A stretch of 64,000 nt of DNA from an uncultured candidate division Zixibacteria bacterium (GTDB taxonomy: Bacteria; Zixibacteria; MSB-5A5; UBA10806; 4484-95), in assembly GCA_963668625.2 (NCBI GenBank), contig CAXXKA010000008.1, positions 192,001-256,000 on the forward strand. The letters are read 5' to 3'. Position numbers and translations under genes: made by a program. The notes beneath the pieces were generated by a model. It made no database searches. It saw only the letters and a list, made by a program, of their open reading frames with translations, and had not been told where the DNA came from. Every line of letters begins with the position of its first letter. Position 1 is the stretch's first letter. Positions 30,625 through 41,616 of this stretch are shown piece after piece.

Positions 30625-31450
30625 ATCCGTTATTATATTATGACGACTATCAGTGGTAACATGATCAAGATAATAGAAACCCTCACCCTTACGGTCACGA
30701 CACATGTAACCGCTGTCGGGATCAGTCAAGCTACGCTTAATATGACGGTTCTCAGGTATCTCCTCTTTTGGCTTTAAAGGCTTCTTGTCGTGTGCCAGAC
30801 GCTCCTCGTTGACTGCCGCCTCAAGCTCCTCCAGATAATCACGGGGAGCCTGTTCAACCTCAACAATCTCCCGACGGTTACGATTGGCCGAGGCTTTCAA
30901 ATGAGTCGAATCAGTGAACAGATATTTGCCACCAACCAGACCTCTGGCAATAGCCTGACGAACGATCTCATCAAACACCTCCCGGAAAACATCGCTGTCG
31001 GTGAAACGCCGCCGACGGTTCTGGCTGATAGTCGAATGATCAGGAACCGGATCAGTCAATCCCAAACCTAAAAACCAGCGATAAGCAACATTCACCTTGA
31101 TATCCCGCTCCAGTTGACGCTCTGAACGAATGCCATACAAATAACCAATCAACATCATCTTAAATAACACCACCGGATCAAGACCGGGACGACCTTTATC
31201 CGAGTATAAATCCTTCACCTTCTCGTAAATAAATGAAAACTTAACGCTCTTCTCCACCTTCCGAAGAAGATGATCTTTGGGCACTAAATCCTCGATGCAT
31301 ACAAACTCACTTTTACTCTGTGAACTATCATTACGCGTAAACATCTAGCCACCTCCGATAATCACCTGAACTATAATATTCCTATTAAAAGGGATAATAT
31401 CAATACGAGTAAATTAAAAAGGCTGTCGACATGACTTTGTCAACAGCCTG
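30625..31450 (-). mobile_element. 5' remnant of an IS1182-family element, transposase truncated by IS3
   Basis: ORF 30622-31344 with LVPKDHLLRK, GRPGLDP, GIRSERQL, PDHSTIS, TDSTHLKASA, TDPDSG; end CAGGCTGTTGACAAAG next to a terminator hairpin. Confidence 0.85.
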
Positions 31451-31474
31451 AAAGGCGGCCTGTTGAGGCCGCCT
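31451..31474 (-). terminator. Terminator hairpin of array unit 5 (U tract cut by IS1182 end)
   Basis: AGGCGGCC...GGCCGCCT stem shared with the other units. Confidence 0.7.
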
Positions 31475-31550
31475 CCAGTAGATCAAGGTCAAAGTGTTAG
31501 AGCACTTTTAAAGAAGTAGTAGCTGAGTTTAATTACTCGAATCAAGGAGT

Positions 31551-34253
31551 TCATTCACAATTCGGCCAACCATCGGGAGCCTCGGCCGGTAAATCACCGC
31601 TGCTTTGCCAGGTTGGTTCATAGTCAGGGCAGAAATGCAATTCGTTCGCGCCTCGGAAATACTGAACCAGGTAGGTGACATCCGCACCGATTACCGAACA
31701 ATCTCCGTTAGCATCAGCCGAGTTATAGAAACCACCGACCAGACACGGTGCGGCAATAGCCCGGAAATAGTTCACCAGGTAGGTTACATCAGCGCCGATT
31801 ACATTCGGCGGCCACGAGCCGGCAGCCATGTTGGCATCACCGGGGAGGTATTCGTATCCTGGATTACCAGTGGCAATGCCGGTCACATGTATAGTATAAT
31901 CGCCCATAGCTCCAATAGCCATTTTTATTGGATACCAATATTCACCAGCGGGCAGATCGTTCCACATAAAAAGCATGTTTTCATCTTCGCACAAGGATGT
32001 GGTATCATTGAATATTCTATCCTCTCCACACGGGCAGCTATCAATTAAATAGCCAGCAAATGAATTAAACCGCGGATCAGTATCGCAATAATCAATTGTC
32101 ACCTGCATTGTTTGTGAAGTTGTAAATTTAATCCAAGATTCGGCGAAACCAATTGCAGAACAATCGTTCGTTGATCCGAGATTATTTCCTGTTATCGTAA
32201 CTGGATTTTCAGAAACGAGAGTACCGGCATCAGTAGCGTTTTCACAATCATCATTTGCCGGTGGTGGCGGGCAGGTGACTCCTGTAATATTCAGTACGTA
32301 ATCACCATTAAGGCTGCTGTTATTGAAAATCGGATAGTAGTAAGTTCCCACCGGTAATCCTAACCAGGTCAATTTCGTATTATCATCAGGGCAGCTCTCA
32401 CTGGAATTATTGTCTATAGATTCATCACACGGGCATGATTGATACAAAGCCAAGTTCACATCGTAGTATTCAGCAGGTGGTGTAGTACCGCAGTAATCGA
32501 TAGTGACATCCATGCGCTCATTGAGCGAGAATTTGACCCAAACCTCCGGATCATAATGATTATAGCAATCCTGAGTAGCGTTTTCATTATTGCCTGTAAG
32601 CTGCACACTAACGCCGCTCTGTAAAGTCCCGGCATCCGTGGCATCTTCGCAATTATCATTTTCAAGTGGTGGCGGCGCTTCGCCTATAGTTAGCAAACCA
32701 TCTCCGGCAACGCCGTTTCTCCCGCCAACTTCAATTAGGTATTGATTTCCTAGCTCAACAGAAAAATCAATCCTTGAATCTGAGGTACAACCTAACTCGG
32801 CAGGCAAAGGTGAGCATGATGCGCCATCATACACAGCCATTTGATCTCTATACTCAGCGTCAATTGATAGCCTGGCATTCCCCGTGAAAGTAGCCGTATA
32901 AACATACCATACATTTGGCGAACTCATACAATAGCCTTCACCATCAAATGTAGCCCCGCGAGTTGTGTATTCAAGTTCGTCAACCTCGCCAACGGCTAAG
33001 GCGTTTACACACTCATCATTTGCCGGCGGAGGTGGACATTCCTGGCCGGTTATACGAATAGTGTATTCCTCACTGTAAAGGGCATTGGTAAGAACCGGAT
33101 AATAATACGTTCCTGCAACAAGGCTTTCCCAGGTGTAGGACGGATTATAATTGCCGCAATCGCTTCGCTGATTGACATAGTATTGGTTATCGCAGGGACA
33201 TGAACCATATATGAACTCGGAAACGTTAGAATTGACATTTTCCGGATCAGCGCAGAAATCAATAGTAACGTCCATACATTCGGCTATCGTAAACTTAACC
33301 CAGACCTCGGGATCATAATGATTATAACAATCCTGAGTAGCACTTGTTACGGAACCGGTTATCAGGACAGTAGAATCTGCCAGAAGTGTTCCGGCATCAG
33401 TGGCATTCGCGCAATCATCATTGGGCGCGGGCGGCGGAGCTTCACCTATTGTCAGGAAGCCATCACCAACAGAGCTATATTGTCCACCGACTTCTATCAG
33501 GTACTGCTGTCCCATAATAACATCAAACTCAAACTGAGATTGAGATGTACAGCATAGCTGAGTGGGTAAGGGAGAGCAGGCATAACCATCATAAACCGCG
33601 AACTTTTTTTGATAGCCGGCTTCGATGCTTAACCTGGCTCTACCTGAGAAAGTAGGAGTATAAATATACCAGATATTCGGCGAACTTATACAACTACTTT
33701 CGCCATCGAATGACGCACCACGCGTGGTAAAAGCTAATTCGGATATCTCTCCAATAGCGCCGGCATTGGCACAATCATCATTAAACGGCGGTGGCGGACA
33801 ATCTTCACCGGTTATATTGACTATATAATTCTCGCCCATCATCCCCATTGCATCGATATAGTAATAGTAAGTACCTGCGGCAAGATTGTACCAGGTATAA
33901 ATCGGATTGTAATTATTACATTGATCCATAGCGATTGTCTGATGTTCTCCAAGGCAGGGACAATCATCATATACGATATTCGATGACATCATTATGTTAT
34001 CAGGGCTATCGCAGAAATCAATGGTAACATCCATGCAATCAGCAATCGTGAATTTAACCCAGACCTCATTTGTCATACACTCTGGAGTTGCATCAACAAC
34101 AGATCCTGACAATTGCTCGGTAACACCTGAAGTTAACGTACCGGCGTCTGTTGCATTGACACAATCATCATTTACAGGCGGATCAGCGAACGTCGCAACT
34201 GCAAAAACGGAGCATATTGCTGCTGTTAATATTAAGAGTAATTGTCTTTTCAT
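31551..34253 (-). CDS. Secreted Cys-rich repeat protein with C-terminal dockerin (unit 5)
   Basis: Signal peptide; six PPxND(D/E/N)C-initiated modules; duplicated GDAN..GADVTYLV.YF dockerin. Confidence 0.85.
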   Translation of the reverse strand: MKRQLLLILTAAICSVFAVATFADPPVNDDCVNATDAGTLTSGVTEQLSGSVVDATPECMTNEVWVKFTIADCMDVTIDFCDSPDNIMMSSNIVYDDCPCLGEHQTIAMDQCNNYNPIYTWYNLAAGTYYYYIDAMGMMGENYIVNITGEDCPPPPFNDDCANAGAIGEISELAFTTRGASFDGESSCISSPNIWYIYTPTFSGRARLSIEAGYQKKFAVYDGYACSPLPTQLCCTSQSQFEFDVIMGQQYLIEVGGQYSSVGDGFLTIGEAPPPAPNDDCANATDAGTLLADSTVLITGSVTSATQDCYNHYDPEVWVKFTIAECMDVTIDFCADPENVNSNVSEFIYGSCPCDNQYYVNQRSDCGNYNPSYTWESLVAGTYYYPVLTNALYSEEYTIRITGQECPPPPANDECVNALAVGEVDELEYTTRGATFDGEGYCMSSPNVWYVYTATFTGNARLSIDAEYRDQMAVYDGASCSPLPAELGCTSDSRIDFSVELGNQYLIEVGGRNGVAGDGLLTIGEAPPPLENDNCEDATDAGTLQSGVSVQLTGNNENATQDCYNHYDPEVWVKFSLNERMDVTIDYCGTTPPAEYYDVNLALYQSCPCDESIDNNSSESCPDDNTKLTWLGLPVGTYYYPIFNNSSLNGDYVLNITGVTCPPPPANDDCENATDAGTLVSENPVTITGNNLGSTNDCSAIGFAESWIKFTTSQTMQVTIDYCDTDPRFNSFAGYLIDSCPCGEDRIFNDTTSLCEDENMLFMWNDLPAGEYWYPIKMAIGAMGDYTIHVTGIATGNPGYEYLPGDANMAAGSWPPNVIGADVTYLVNYFRAIAAPCLVGGFYNSADANGDCSVIGADVTYLVQYFRGANELHFCPDYEPTWQSSGDLPAEAPDGWPNCE

Positions 34254-34354
34254 AGCCTCTCTCCCTATCCGTATTGCCAGGATCCCGCAATTCTATTTCT
34301 GGCACTACAAGGAAATTGTTTTTTCTGCATTAATTCGTTAAGCTTGCTTAGTAC

Positions 34355-34432
34355 CGGGAATACATTCCCGATAGTTCGTTCCTTTGCCGTCAGATAGTTT
34401 TAATCTGACGGCTTTTCATTACCTGACTTACC
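34355..34432 (-). promoter_or_regulatory. Conserved structured leader upstream of dockerin gene
   Basis: GGTAAGTCAGG motif + GCCGTCAGAT/ATCTGACGGC hairpin + CGGGAAT/ATTCCCG hairpin; homologous to 45034-45114 and 57963-58037. Confidence 0.6.
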
Positions 34433-34485
34433 TGTTGTTAAAATTTGCTGTTAAAACTAAAATTATCAGTTTCCTTGAAAACTTA

Positions 34486-36165
34486 CTATTTCAAAAGAAG
34501 CATTTGGTTGCTTATGGTAATGTCCGAGGTTTCGATACGATAGAAATACATACCCGAACTAACGACCTCACCGGAATTATCCGTGCCGTTCCAGGTCAAA
34601 TGATGAGTTCCAGCAGATAACGTACCGTTATAAAGCGTATTCACCCTGCGGCCCATGATATCGTAAATCGAAAGTACAATATCATCTTTTTGTTTTAGAG
34701 AGAACTGTATCGTGGTAGTAGCGTTGAATGGATTGGGATAGTTCTGCGCTAACGATACCATCACCGGTAATTTCTCCGTATCATCATCTACCGAAACAGT
34801 AGCGGCTTCCAGTTTGGCAATGAACACCTTACTGCGATCGTCCTCGTTCCAATATCCGCTACTATTATCCCACATTTGCGAGGAGACAAAGCCGGAGATC
34901 AGATAATTGCCATCATCAGCGAACTGCAAATCCCAAATTTCAATTGCCAGACTTCCCCATGAACTGTTAAGTTCCGGGAAATCATCTACATAAACCCGGG
35001 TGTAGGAACTGCCATCGTTGTTAACCTTCATAAGTATGGGCTCATAATGACGAGCGCCAACCATTGGATTCTCGGGAACAGGTTCATGAGCATATTGCTT
35101 GTTTCCGACTGAGATATATCCACTACCATCGGGGATTTCGCGCGCCGCGAAACAATAGGCAGCGGTATCCGGTACTCGGCCACCGCCGAGATAATCGGTA
35201 TAGTTAAATATTACCTCATTAAACTCGGAATCATATTTCATAACCGTATGGCAGGAGGAACGATCATATTCCCTGCCAAAATAGCGGCCGCCGATAAGAT
35301 ACTCACCATCGGATGTGATATGTATATCGTTAAACTCAGTCTCTTGCCTGCCGCAGACATTCGTCCAAACCGTATCACCATTGGCATCCAGTTTCATTAT
35401 GACTCCCCAGTCAGAGATATCATGTTCATCAGGATCAACATACTTGGTTTCTGCTCCGAGAATGAAACCGCCATCATCGGTGTTATCTGCGGCAAGGATA
35501 ATGAAATACTCATGATCCGGCAACGGTGAACAGTAATCTCTACACCAGACTTCGTCACCATCGGCATCGGCTTTTATGACAAATCCGGCTTCAGTATCGT
35601 TGTGCCCGTTGTAGCCAAATATAGCGTATCCGTCATCACCCGTATTAAGCAATTCATGTACGCGATAGACAGTGCTTTCTCCATAATAATTCGTCCAAAC
35701 GGTATCACCATAGGTATCTACTTTGTAAAGAAAAGCACCTTTGGAAAGTAATTGTCCATATTGATTTGTATAAAAGGCGAAACCAGCCAATACATAACCG
35801 CCATCTGAGGTTAAAACAACATCCCGGCCATAATATTCAAATGGAAGTTCCCAGCCGTACTGGCGCACCCACATCGTATCGAGGTTCTCATCAACTTTGA
35901 TAAGCATCGCTTTTGGAGGTTCACCGTCATTATCATAACAAACATTACCGGCAAAAATATAACCACCATCGGGAGTTTGTTTCATCGAGTAGCATTCGTA
36001 TTGGTCGATATCATCACCCTGGGAAAAATTATAAGTGTTGTACCAGATCACATCACCGAATTCGGCTTTGGCCGCTCCCGGTATCATCAACAACATCAGC
36101 AAAAATAATGATACTAAACCGATGCTTTTAATTGCCGTACCTGATTTTTTCTTTTGGTTTATCAT
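34486..36165 (-). CDS. Secreted beta-propeller-like protein with FlgD-Ig/T9SS-type CTD (unit 5)
   Basis: Signal peptide; DGGY..AG / KVD..GDTVW repeats; LAQNYPNPFN...SSGMYFYRI...MLLLK. Confidence 0.85.
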   Translation of the reverse strand: MINQKKKSGTAIKSIGLVSLFLLMLLMIPGAAKAEFGDVIWYNTYNFSQGDDIDQYECYSMKQTPDGGYIFAGNVCYDNDGEPPKAMLIKVDENLDTMWVRQYGWELPFEYYGRDVVLTSDGGYVLAGFAFYTNQYGQLLSKGAFLYKVDTYGDTVWTNYYGESTVYRVHELLNTGDDGYAIFGYNGHNDTEAGFVIKADADGDEVWCRDYCSPLPDHEYFIILAADNTDDGGFILGAETKYVDPDEHDISDWGVIMKLDANGDTVWTNVCGRQETEFNDIHITSDGEYLIGGRYFGREYDRSSCHTVMKYDSEFNEVIFNYTDYLGGGRVPDTAAYCFAAREIPDGSGYISVGNKQYAHEPVPENPMVGARHYEPILMKVNNDGSSYTRVYVDDFPELNSSWGSLAIEIWDLQFADDGNYLISGFVSSQMWDNSSGYWNEDDRSKVFIAKLEAATVSVDDDTEKLPVMVSLAQNYPNPFNATTTIQFSLKQKDDIVLSIYDIMGRRVNTLYNGTLSAGTHHLTWNGTDNSGEVVSSGMYFYRIETSDITISNQMLLLK

Positions 36166-36262
36166 TACGATTACTCCTTTGATTATTGTTACTTGCATTG
36201 AATTATTATTTTTACCATAATCGCTGATAAATTACTCCTTATCAACTAGCAATTTACCTCCC

Positions 36263-37201
36263 CTACTTCTTCAATCCTAATCTCATTATATACTCATCAT
36301 AATCTTCAGCTTGATTCCACAACGTCTCGAACAGAATTTTAAGAGATTTTGCCATCACCGGGTGACGAACGATTTGCGAGGTCGATTGAGGATTTCTCGG
36401 GACAGGATCGGATAATGAAAATATCGCGGCTTTTTCATCGAATATCGCCATTTTCATCGGCAACTCTTTCATGATCTTAATCCTCTCGCCGGACACGGCA
36501 TATTTATCTATGATATTTTCGAATAAAAACTTGTTTTCCGCTTCATCGGGTGATGGTTCATATATACATCTTACGACAAGACCCTTTTTAATAGCATTGG
36601 TACCGAATTTTACCTGTTGGTTTATTAAATTCTTACGTTTGAAATAAGTACCGGCCCTGTGCTTGACTAAAGATAATATCTCGGTCTCACTCTCATTTAC
36701 GAGCTGTTTGAATTTTCTTTCAACTTGAGTCGTATTTTTTAAAACTTCTATATAGTCAAGAACAAAATCCTTATCTTTATTTTCTTCATAGATTGGAGAA
36801 AGATTTTCAATTAACTTATCAACGTTCTTGATTTTTAATGTTAGGTTTTCTTTCTCCCGTTTTATGGTTAATTCGAGTTTATCTTTTTCTTTTTCAATCT
36901 CCTGCTCTAATTTTTCTCTTTTCAGCTTTATCTTTTCCTCCCCAATTCTCAGGAGAACGTCTTTAAGCTGCAAGGGGTCAACCGCAGAAAATAGTTTCTT
37001 TTTGCCTTTCACCACCTGGCATAATCCCTTATCCTCAAGTGATTTCAAATCATCATAAACACGCGTGCGAGGGATGTTGGCCAAACGGGCAATCTCAGTT
37101 GCCGATAGTTGCTTTTTTTGAAGAAGTGAGGTATATATCCCGACTTCGTAATTAGTGAGTCCTAATCCAACCAGACTACCAATTTCGAACTCATTAGCCA
37201 T
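36263..37201 (-). CDS. TrmB-family transcriptional regulator (unit 5)
   Basis: LGLTNYE..Y..LL..SATEIAR...PRTRVY..L..L..KGL HTH; LPMKMAIFD..F..LW PLD-like effector domain. Confidence 0.9.
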   Translation of the reverse strand: MANEFEIGSLVGLGLTNYEVGIYTSLLQKKQLSATEIARLANIPRTRVYDDLKSLEDKGLCQVVKGKKKLFSAVDPLQLKDVLLRIGEEKIKLKREKLEQEIEKEKDKLELTIKREKENLTLKIKNVDKLIENLSPIYEENKDKDFVLDYIEVLKNTTQVERKFKQLVNESETEILSLVKHRAGTYFKRKNLINQQVKFGTNAIKKGLVVRCIYEPSPDEAENKFLFENIIDKYAVSGERIKIMKELPMKMAIFDEKAAIFSLSDPVPRNPQSTSQIVRHPVMAKSLKILFETLWNQAEDYDEYIMRLGLKK

Positions 37202-37246
37202 TTCTTTTCTCTTTTCGCTTTAGTTAATCCGATGTCAGCATTTTTG

Positions 37247-37309
37247 TCGTACCCTTAATATTTTTATTCAGGTACGAATATAATATAGACAGAAATACTA
37301 TTGTGTCAA
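37247..37309 (-). promoter_or_regulatory. Unit 5 promoter and operator-like inverted repeat
   Basis: TTGACA-N16-TATATT; TCGTACC-N17-GGTACGA. Confidence 0.7.
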
Positions 37310-37405
37310 GTAAAAACTATAACACGTTAATATACAATTAGTTCGGCGGCAGCCACAATCAAGACATGCTTAGGTCATACATATTTTAACCTATTTAAAT
37401 ATCAT

Positions 37406-37434
37406 AAAATAGGCGGCCCTTTTCAGAGCCGCCT
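37406..37434 (-). terminator. Rho-independent terminator, unit 4
   Basis: AGGCGGC/GCCGCCT stem followed by ATTTT. Confidence 0.7.
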
Positions 37435-37508
37435 TTCGTAGATCAAGGTCAAAGTGTTAGAGCACTTTCAAGAAGTAGTAGCTGAGTTTAATTACTCGAA
37501 TCAGGAGT

Positions 37509-39071
37509 TCATTCACAATTAGGCCAACCATCGGGAGCCTCGGCCGGTAAATCGCCGCTGCTTTGCCAGGTTGGCTCATAATCCGGGCAGAAATGTAATT
37601 CGTTCGCGCCCCGGAAATATTGCACCAGGTAAGTGACATCAGCGCCGATTACCGAACAATCACCGTTAGCATCAGCCGAATTATAGAAACCACCGACCAG
37701 ACACGGTGCGGCGATAGCCCGGAAATAGTTCACCAGGTAGGTGACATCCGCGCCGATTACATTCGGCGGCCACGAGCCGGCAGCCATGTTGGCATCACCG
37801 GGGAGGTAGTCGTAGGTAGTAGTGATGTTACAGCCAGACCAACCGGTCTCTTCAACATAGTCGCCGCAAGTTGATCTAGGTCCCATCCAAGTACCCTGCA
37901 TCATTACTATACAGTCAAACTCCCATACATCATTATAACAGGTCATGCCGTTATCAAGGCAGCAAGCTCCGGTAGACGGTCCAGAGTTACATCCGGAATA
38001 GCCGTTCTCGAAATCGAATTCGCCGCATTCAGAATCCGCGTTCATCCAGGTGCCGTCGAGGATTACACAACTATCTTCTTCAATTTCGAAACAGGTCATG
38101 CCTTCATTAAGACAGCAAGCACCCGTAGGCGGTGTTACGGTACATCCGGAATAGCCGGTCTCCTCATCATATTCACCGCATTCGGAATCAGCGCCCATCC
38201 AGGTACCACGCAACATTACCAAACACTCGTTTTCTTCCACATCATTATAGCAGGTCATGCCGTTATCAAGGCAGCAAGCGCCCGTAGGTGGCGTTGAGTT
38301 ACATCCGGGATAACCGTTCTCAGGATCATATTCACCGCATTCGGAATCAGCGCCCATCCAGGTGCCACGCATTATCCCTATACACTCGTTTTCTTCCATA
38401 TCATTATAGCAGGTCATGCCGTTATCAAGGCAGCAAGCGCCGGTAGGTGGTGTTGAGTTACATCCGGGATAACCGTTCTCAGGATCATATTCACCGCATT
38501 CGGAATCAGCGCCCATCCAGGTGCCACGCATTATCCCTATACACTCGTTTTCTTCCATATCATTGTAACAGGTCATGCCATCATCTAGGCAGCAAGCGCC
38601 CGTAGGCGGTGTTATTGTACATCCGGAATAGCCGTTCTCCTCATCATATTCACCGCACTCGGAATCAGCGCCCATCCAGGCGCCGTTAAGGATTACACAA
38701 CTATCTCTTTCAACTTCGTAACAGGTCATGCCTTCTTCAAGGCAGCAAGCGCCGGTAGGTGGTGTTGAGTTACATCCGGGATAACCATTCTCAGGATCAT
38801 ATTCACCGCATTCGGAATCAGCGCCCATCCAGGTGCCCCTTAGAATATTTATGCAGTAATCTTCGGTGACAGCATTAGAACAATCCCAACCATCATCCAT
38901 ACAACAGGCACCAGTTGATTTTTGCCCGAATTGAATGGTTATATCCGATTCGAGGATTCCCCCGGCGTTTGCCTTGATAATACCTTCATTTGGCGTCATA
39001 TCAGCAATTACCACGGCAATACCGAAAAACCACAAGACACACACCAATAACAATAGTATTTTATTGCACAT
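37509..39071 (-). CDS. Secreted GACC-repeat protein with C-terminal dockerin (unit 4)
   Basis: Signal peptide; seven ~53-aa GACC..GTWMGADSECG repeats (about 159-bp DNA period); dockerin tail. Confidence 0.85.
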   Translation of the reverse strand: MCNKILLLLVCVLWFFGIAVVIADMTPNEGIIKANAGGILESDITIQFGQKSTGACCMDDGWDCSNAVTEDYCINILRGTWMGADSECGEYDPENGYPGCNSTPPTGACCLEEGMTCYEVERDSCVILNGAWMGADSECGEYDEENGYSGCTITPPTGACCLDDGMTCYNDMEENECIGIMRGTWMGADSECGEYDPENGYPGCNSTPPTGACCLDNGMTCYNDMEENECIGIMRGTWMGADSECGEYDPENGYPGCNSTPPTGACCLDNGMTCYNDVEENECLVMLRGTWMGADSECGEYDEETGYSGCTVTPPTGACCLNEGMTCFEIEEDSCVILDGTWMNADSECGEFDFENGYSGCNSGPSTGACCLDNGMTCYNDVWEFDCIVMMQGTWMGPRSTCGDYVEETGWSGCNITTTYDYLPGDANMAAGSWPPNVIGADVTYLVNYFRAIAAPCLVGGFYNSADANGDCSVIGADVTYLVQYFRGANELHFCPDYEPTWQSSGDLPAEAPDGWPNCE

Positions 39072-39380
39072 ACTATCCTCCTTAAATTAATAAGTCTGGT
39101 TAATCGTTCTGTTTTTAATAGTTTCCTGATCAAGGCCGGCTAACTTTAACCTGATTTCCGCAGCATGCCTTGATGAGATTAAAAATTGACTTTTCTTAGA
39201 CCTGATCGCCTCTTTTTGGGTTTTTAAGTTTTAGTTTGCTTATTGGTTCTCAATATATGTTTCTTGCCATTTTTTATTCTGCCCTTTTTCAAGCGGCAGC
39301 TTGGAATAAGTGCGCCGCCAACCTGCCGCCTTTACACTTTATCTTTAAGATAAAACCTTAAATATTTTTGTGTTGGATCG

Positions 39381-41576
39381 TTACTTCAATAATATCATCT
39401 TCCTTGTTTCCGAGATTTGAGGAGTAGTGATTTTATACAAGTATACACCTGATGATATATTGTTACCGTTGTTATTGCGGCCATTCCATATTAAGGAATG
39501 CTGACCAACCGGCATTGCTTCGATTGTTTTTGAATACACAAGCTGCCCCATAATGTTGTAGACATCAAAATCAACATCACATTGCCGGGGCAGGTCAAAC
39601 GATATCCGGGTAGTGGCATTAAACGGATTAGGATAATTCTGGGATAATGCAATACGGGACGGAACGGGTGAAGGTTCCGATGGTATATCGTTAACGCTCT
39701 CACCATAAACGGATATGCCTCCTTGCCAATGTCCCATATATTTTAAACTGTTGGTAGGATCTATCGTAAGGCATGTAATGTTTTCATCGCTTAAACCGGA
39801 GTTATTCATATGATAGGTATACCAGTTATTATCACTAAAACTCGCTAATCCTTTGAGTGTACCTACCCACATTGTGTCATTATAAAATTCTATTGCTTTA
39901 ATACGAGGATCCGGAATATCTGAGTTACCCGGGTGGTAAACAATTAAACTATCCCCATTAAAACAACCCAATCCACCAGACGACGCTCCTATCCAGAGAT
40001 CACCATCCGGCGCAAAAGCCAGACATTCGATGGATATTTCATGAACAATATCAGAATACTCCTGCCAATTAGTGCCGTCAAAAGAAGCTAATCCCATATA
40101 AGTTCCAAACCAGACCGTTCCATGAGCATCTATCGCAGTTGTATACACTTCATTACTGGGTAAAGCGGAATTTTCAGTATTGTAAATAGTCCAGTTCGTG
40201 TCATCAAAGTAGGCTACTCCGTTGTTTGTGGTTATCCATTTCGAACCATCTGTATCGACTATAATACAGAAAACATTTTCAGAAGGCAGCGGCGAGTTCG
40301 AAGATGTAAAATGAGTAATATTTAAACCCTCCATTTTTGTTAAACCGCCTGAGCCGTCCCACGAACTGGTTGAGCCAATCCAGGTAATATTGTCATCTTC
40401 AAAGGCAATCGTTTTTACAGAGTTAGCGCCATTAGCCAAAATTGAATCAGGGAAAATTACCCATTCGTCATTATTATTGAATTTAGCAAGGCCATCAGCA
40501 GTACCCGCCCAGATCCATCCATTATGATATTCAATCGCGTTCATCCCATTGGAAGGTAAGGAAGGACAGATACTGGTATTGTAAGATTCCCATTCCGTAT
40601 CGCCGTCAAAACTAACAACACCGCAACTTTTCGTGCCGATTAATATTTTACCATTAGCGGAACAGGTAATAGAGAAAATCTGGTTATCAGTTAATCCTGA
40701 ATTAGATGTGTTATACACTTCGTAATTCTCGCCATCAAAGCTGCCTATACCATTATGCATCATACCCATCCACTTTACATTATCATCATCAACATCCAGG
40801 CAATAAATCGTTCTAGGTATTCCGTAGCCATCGGCGTACGATGTAAAGGAGGATCCATCGAAAGAATACAAAATTGAATTTCCCCCACGACCACCGATTA
40901 ACCATAATAATGATTCACTATCTAGGGCAATTGAACTAAATCCGCCGAATTGGCTGAAGTTTGTCCAGTTGGTTCCATCGTAACGTGTTAATCCTTGATC
41001 CGATGCAACCCAGACAACATTTCCCGGTTGTGTTCTAATAGAATTTATTACACCGTTCAGTATTACAGAGTATGAAGAATCAAATACTTCCCAATCGGTA
41101 CCATCGTAAGTAAAAACGCTTTTACGTTCGGTTCCGATCCAGAGATTTCCGTTTTCGTCAACATCAAGGCAAGTTATTCTATCACCATAAGTAATTGGCG
41201 AATTCTCCGGGGTAAACACGGTCCAATCAGAATCATCATAGCGAATTAAGGCAGTCACTAATGAATCTCCTCCAGAAGCTACCCGGTAACTCGAGGCAAA
41301 CCACTTTACCCCGGAATCATCAACTGCAATATCAATGACCCTGTTATATTTAACCGGCGAGTTAGCTGCATTATAAAATTCCGTTTCGTGGGTGATACTG
41401 TTAATCTTAACCAGGCCTACTGATGTGCCGGCCCAGATAATATCGCCATCAACCGCCTGGCAATCTATATAGTCCCCATTCGTGTATTGCCGCCAATCGG
41501 GATATTGACCCATAACAGTATTTGGGCTAAGACTAAAAACGATGATAAGCGATAATAAACTCCAAAACACCTTCAT
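39381..41576 (-). CDS. Secreted Reg_prop/PorZ-like beta-propeller protein with FlgD-Ig/T9SS-type CTD (unit 4)
   Basis: Repeated NS.LP.N.V..I..D..G..W.GT..GL..FDG..W; LSQNYPNPFN CTD. Confidence 0.85.
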   Translation of the reverse strand: MKVFWSLLSLIIVFSLSPNTVMGQYPDWRQYTNGDYIDCQAVDGDIIWAGTSVGLVKINSITHETEFYNAANSPVKYNRVIDIAVDDSGVKWFASSYRVASGGDSLVTALIRYDDSDWTVFTPENSPITYGDRITCLDVDENGNLWIGTERKSVFTYDGTDWEVFDSSYSVILNGVINSIRTQPGNVVWVASDQGLTRYDGTNWTNFSQFGGFSSIALDSESLLWLIGGRGGNSILYSFDGSSFTSYADGYGIPRTIYCLDVDDDNVKWMGMMHNGIGSFDGENYEVYNTSNSGLTDNQIFSITCSANGKILIGTKSCGVVSFDGDTEWESYNTSICPSLPSNGMNAIEYHNGWIWAGTADGLAKFNNNDEWVIFPDSILANGANSVKTIAFEDDNITWIGSTSSWDGSGGLTKMEGLNITHFTSSNSPLPSENVFCIIVDTDGSKWITTNNGVAYFDDTNWTIYNTENSALPSNEVYTTAIDAHGTVWFGTYMGLASFDGTNWQEYSDIVHEISIECLAFAPDGDLWIGASSGGLGCFNGDSLIVYHPGNSDIPDPRIKAIEFYNDTMWVGTLKGLASFSDNNWYTYHMNNSGLSDENITCLTIDPTNSLKYMGHWQGGISVYGESVNDIPSEPSPVPSRIALSQNYPNPFNATTRISFDLPRQCDVDFDVYNIMGQLVYSKTIEAMPVGQHSLIWNGRNNNGNNISSGVYLYKITTPQISETRKMILLK

Positions 41577-41616
41577 GATTCCTCCTGCCGTTTGTTGCAG
41601 TGCGCCTAAGTTATTT

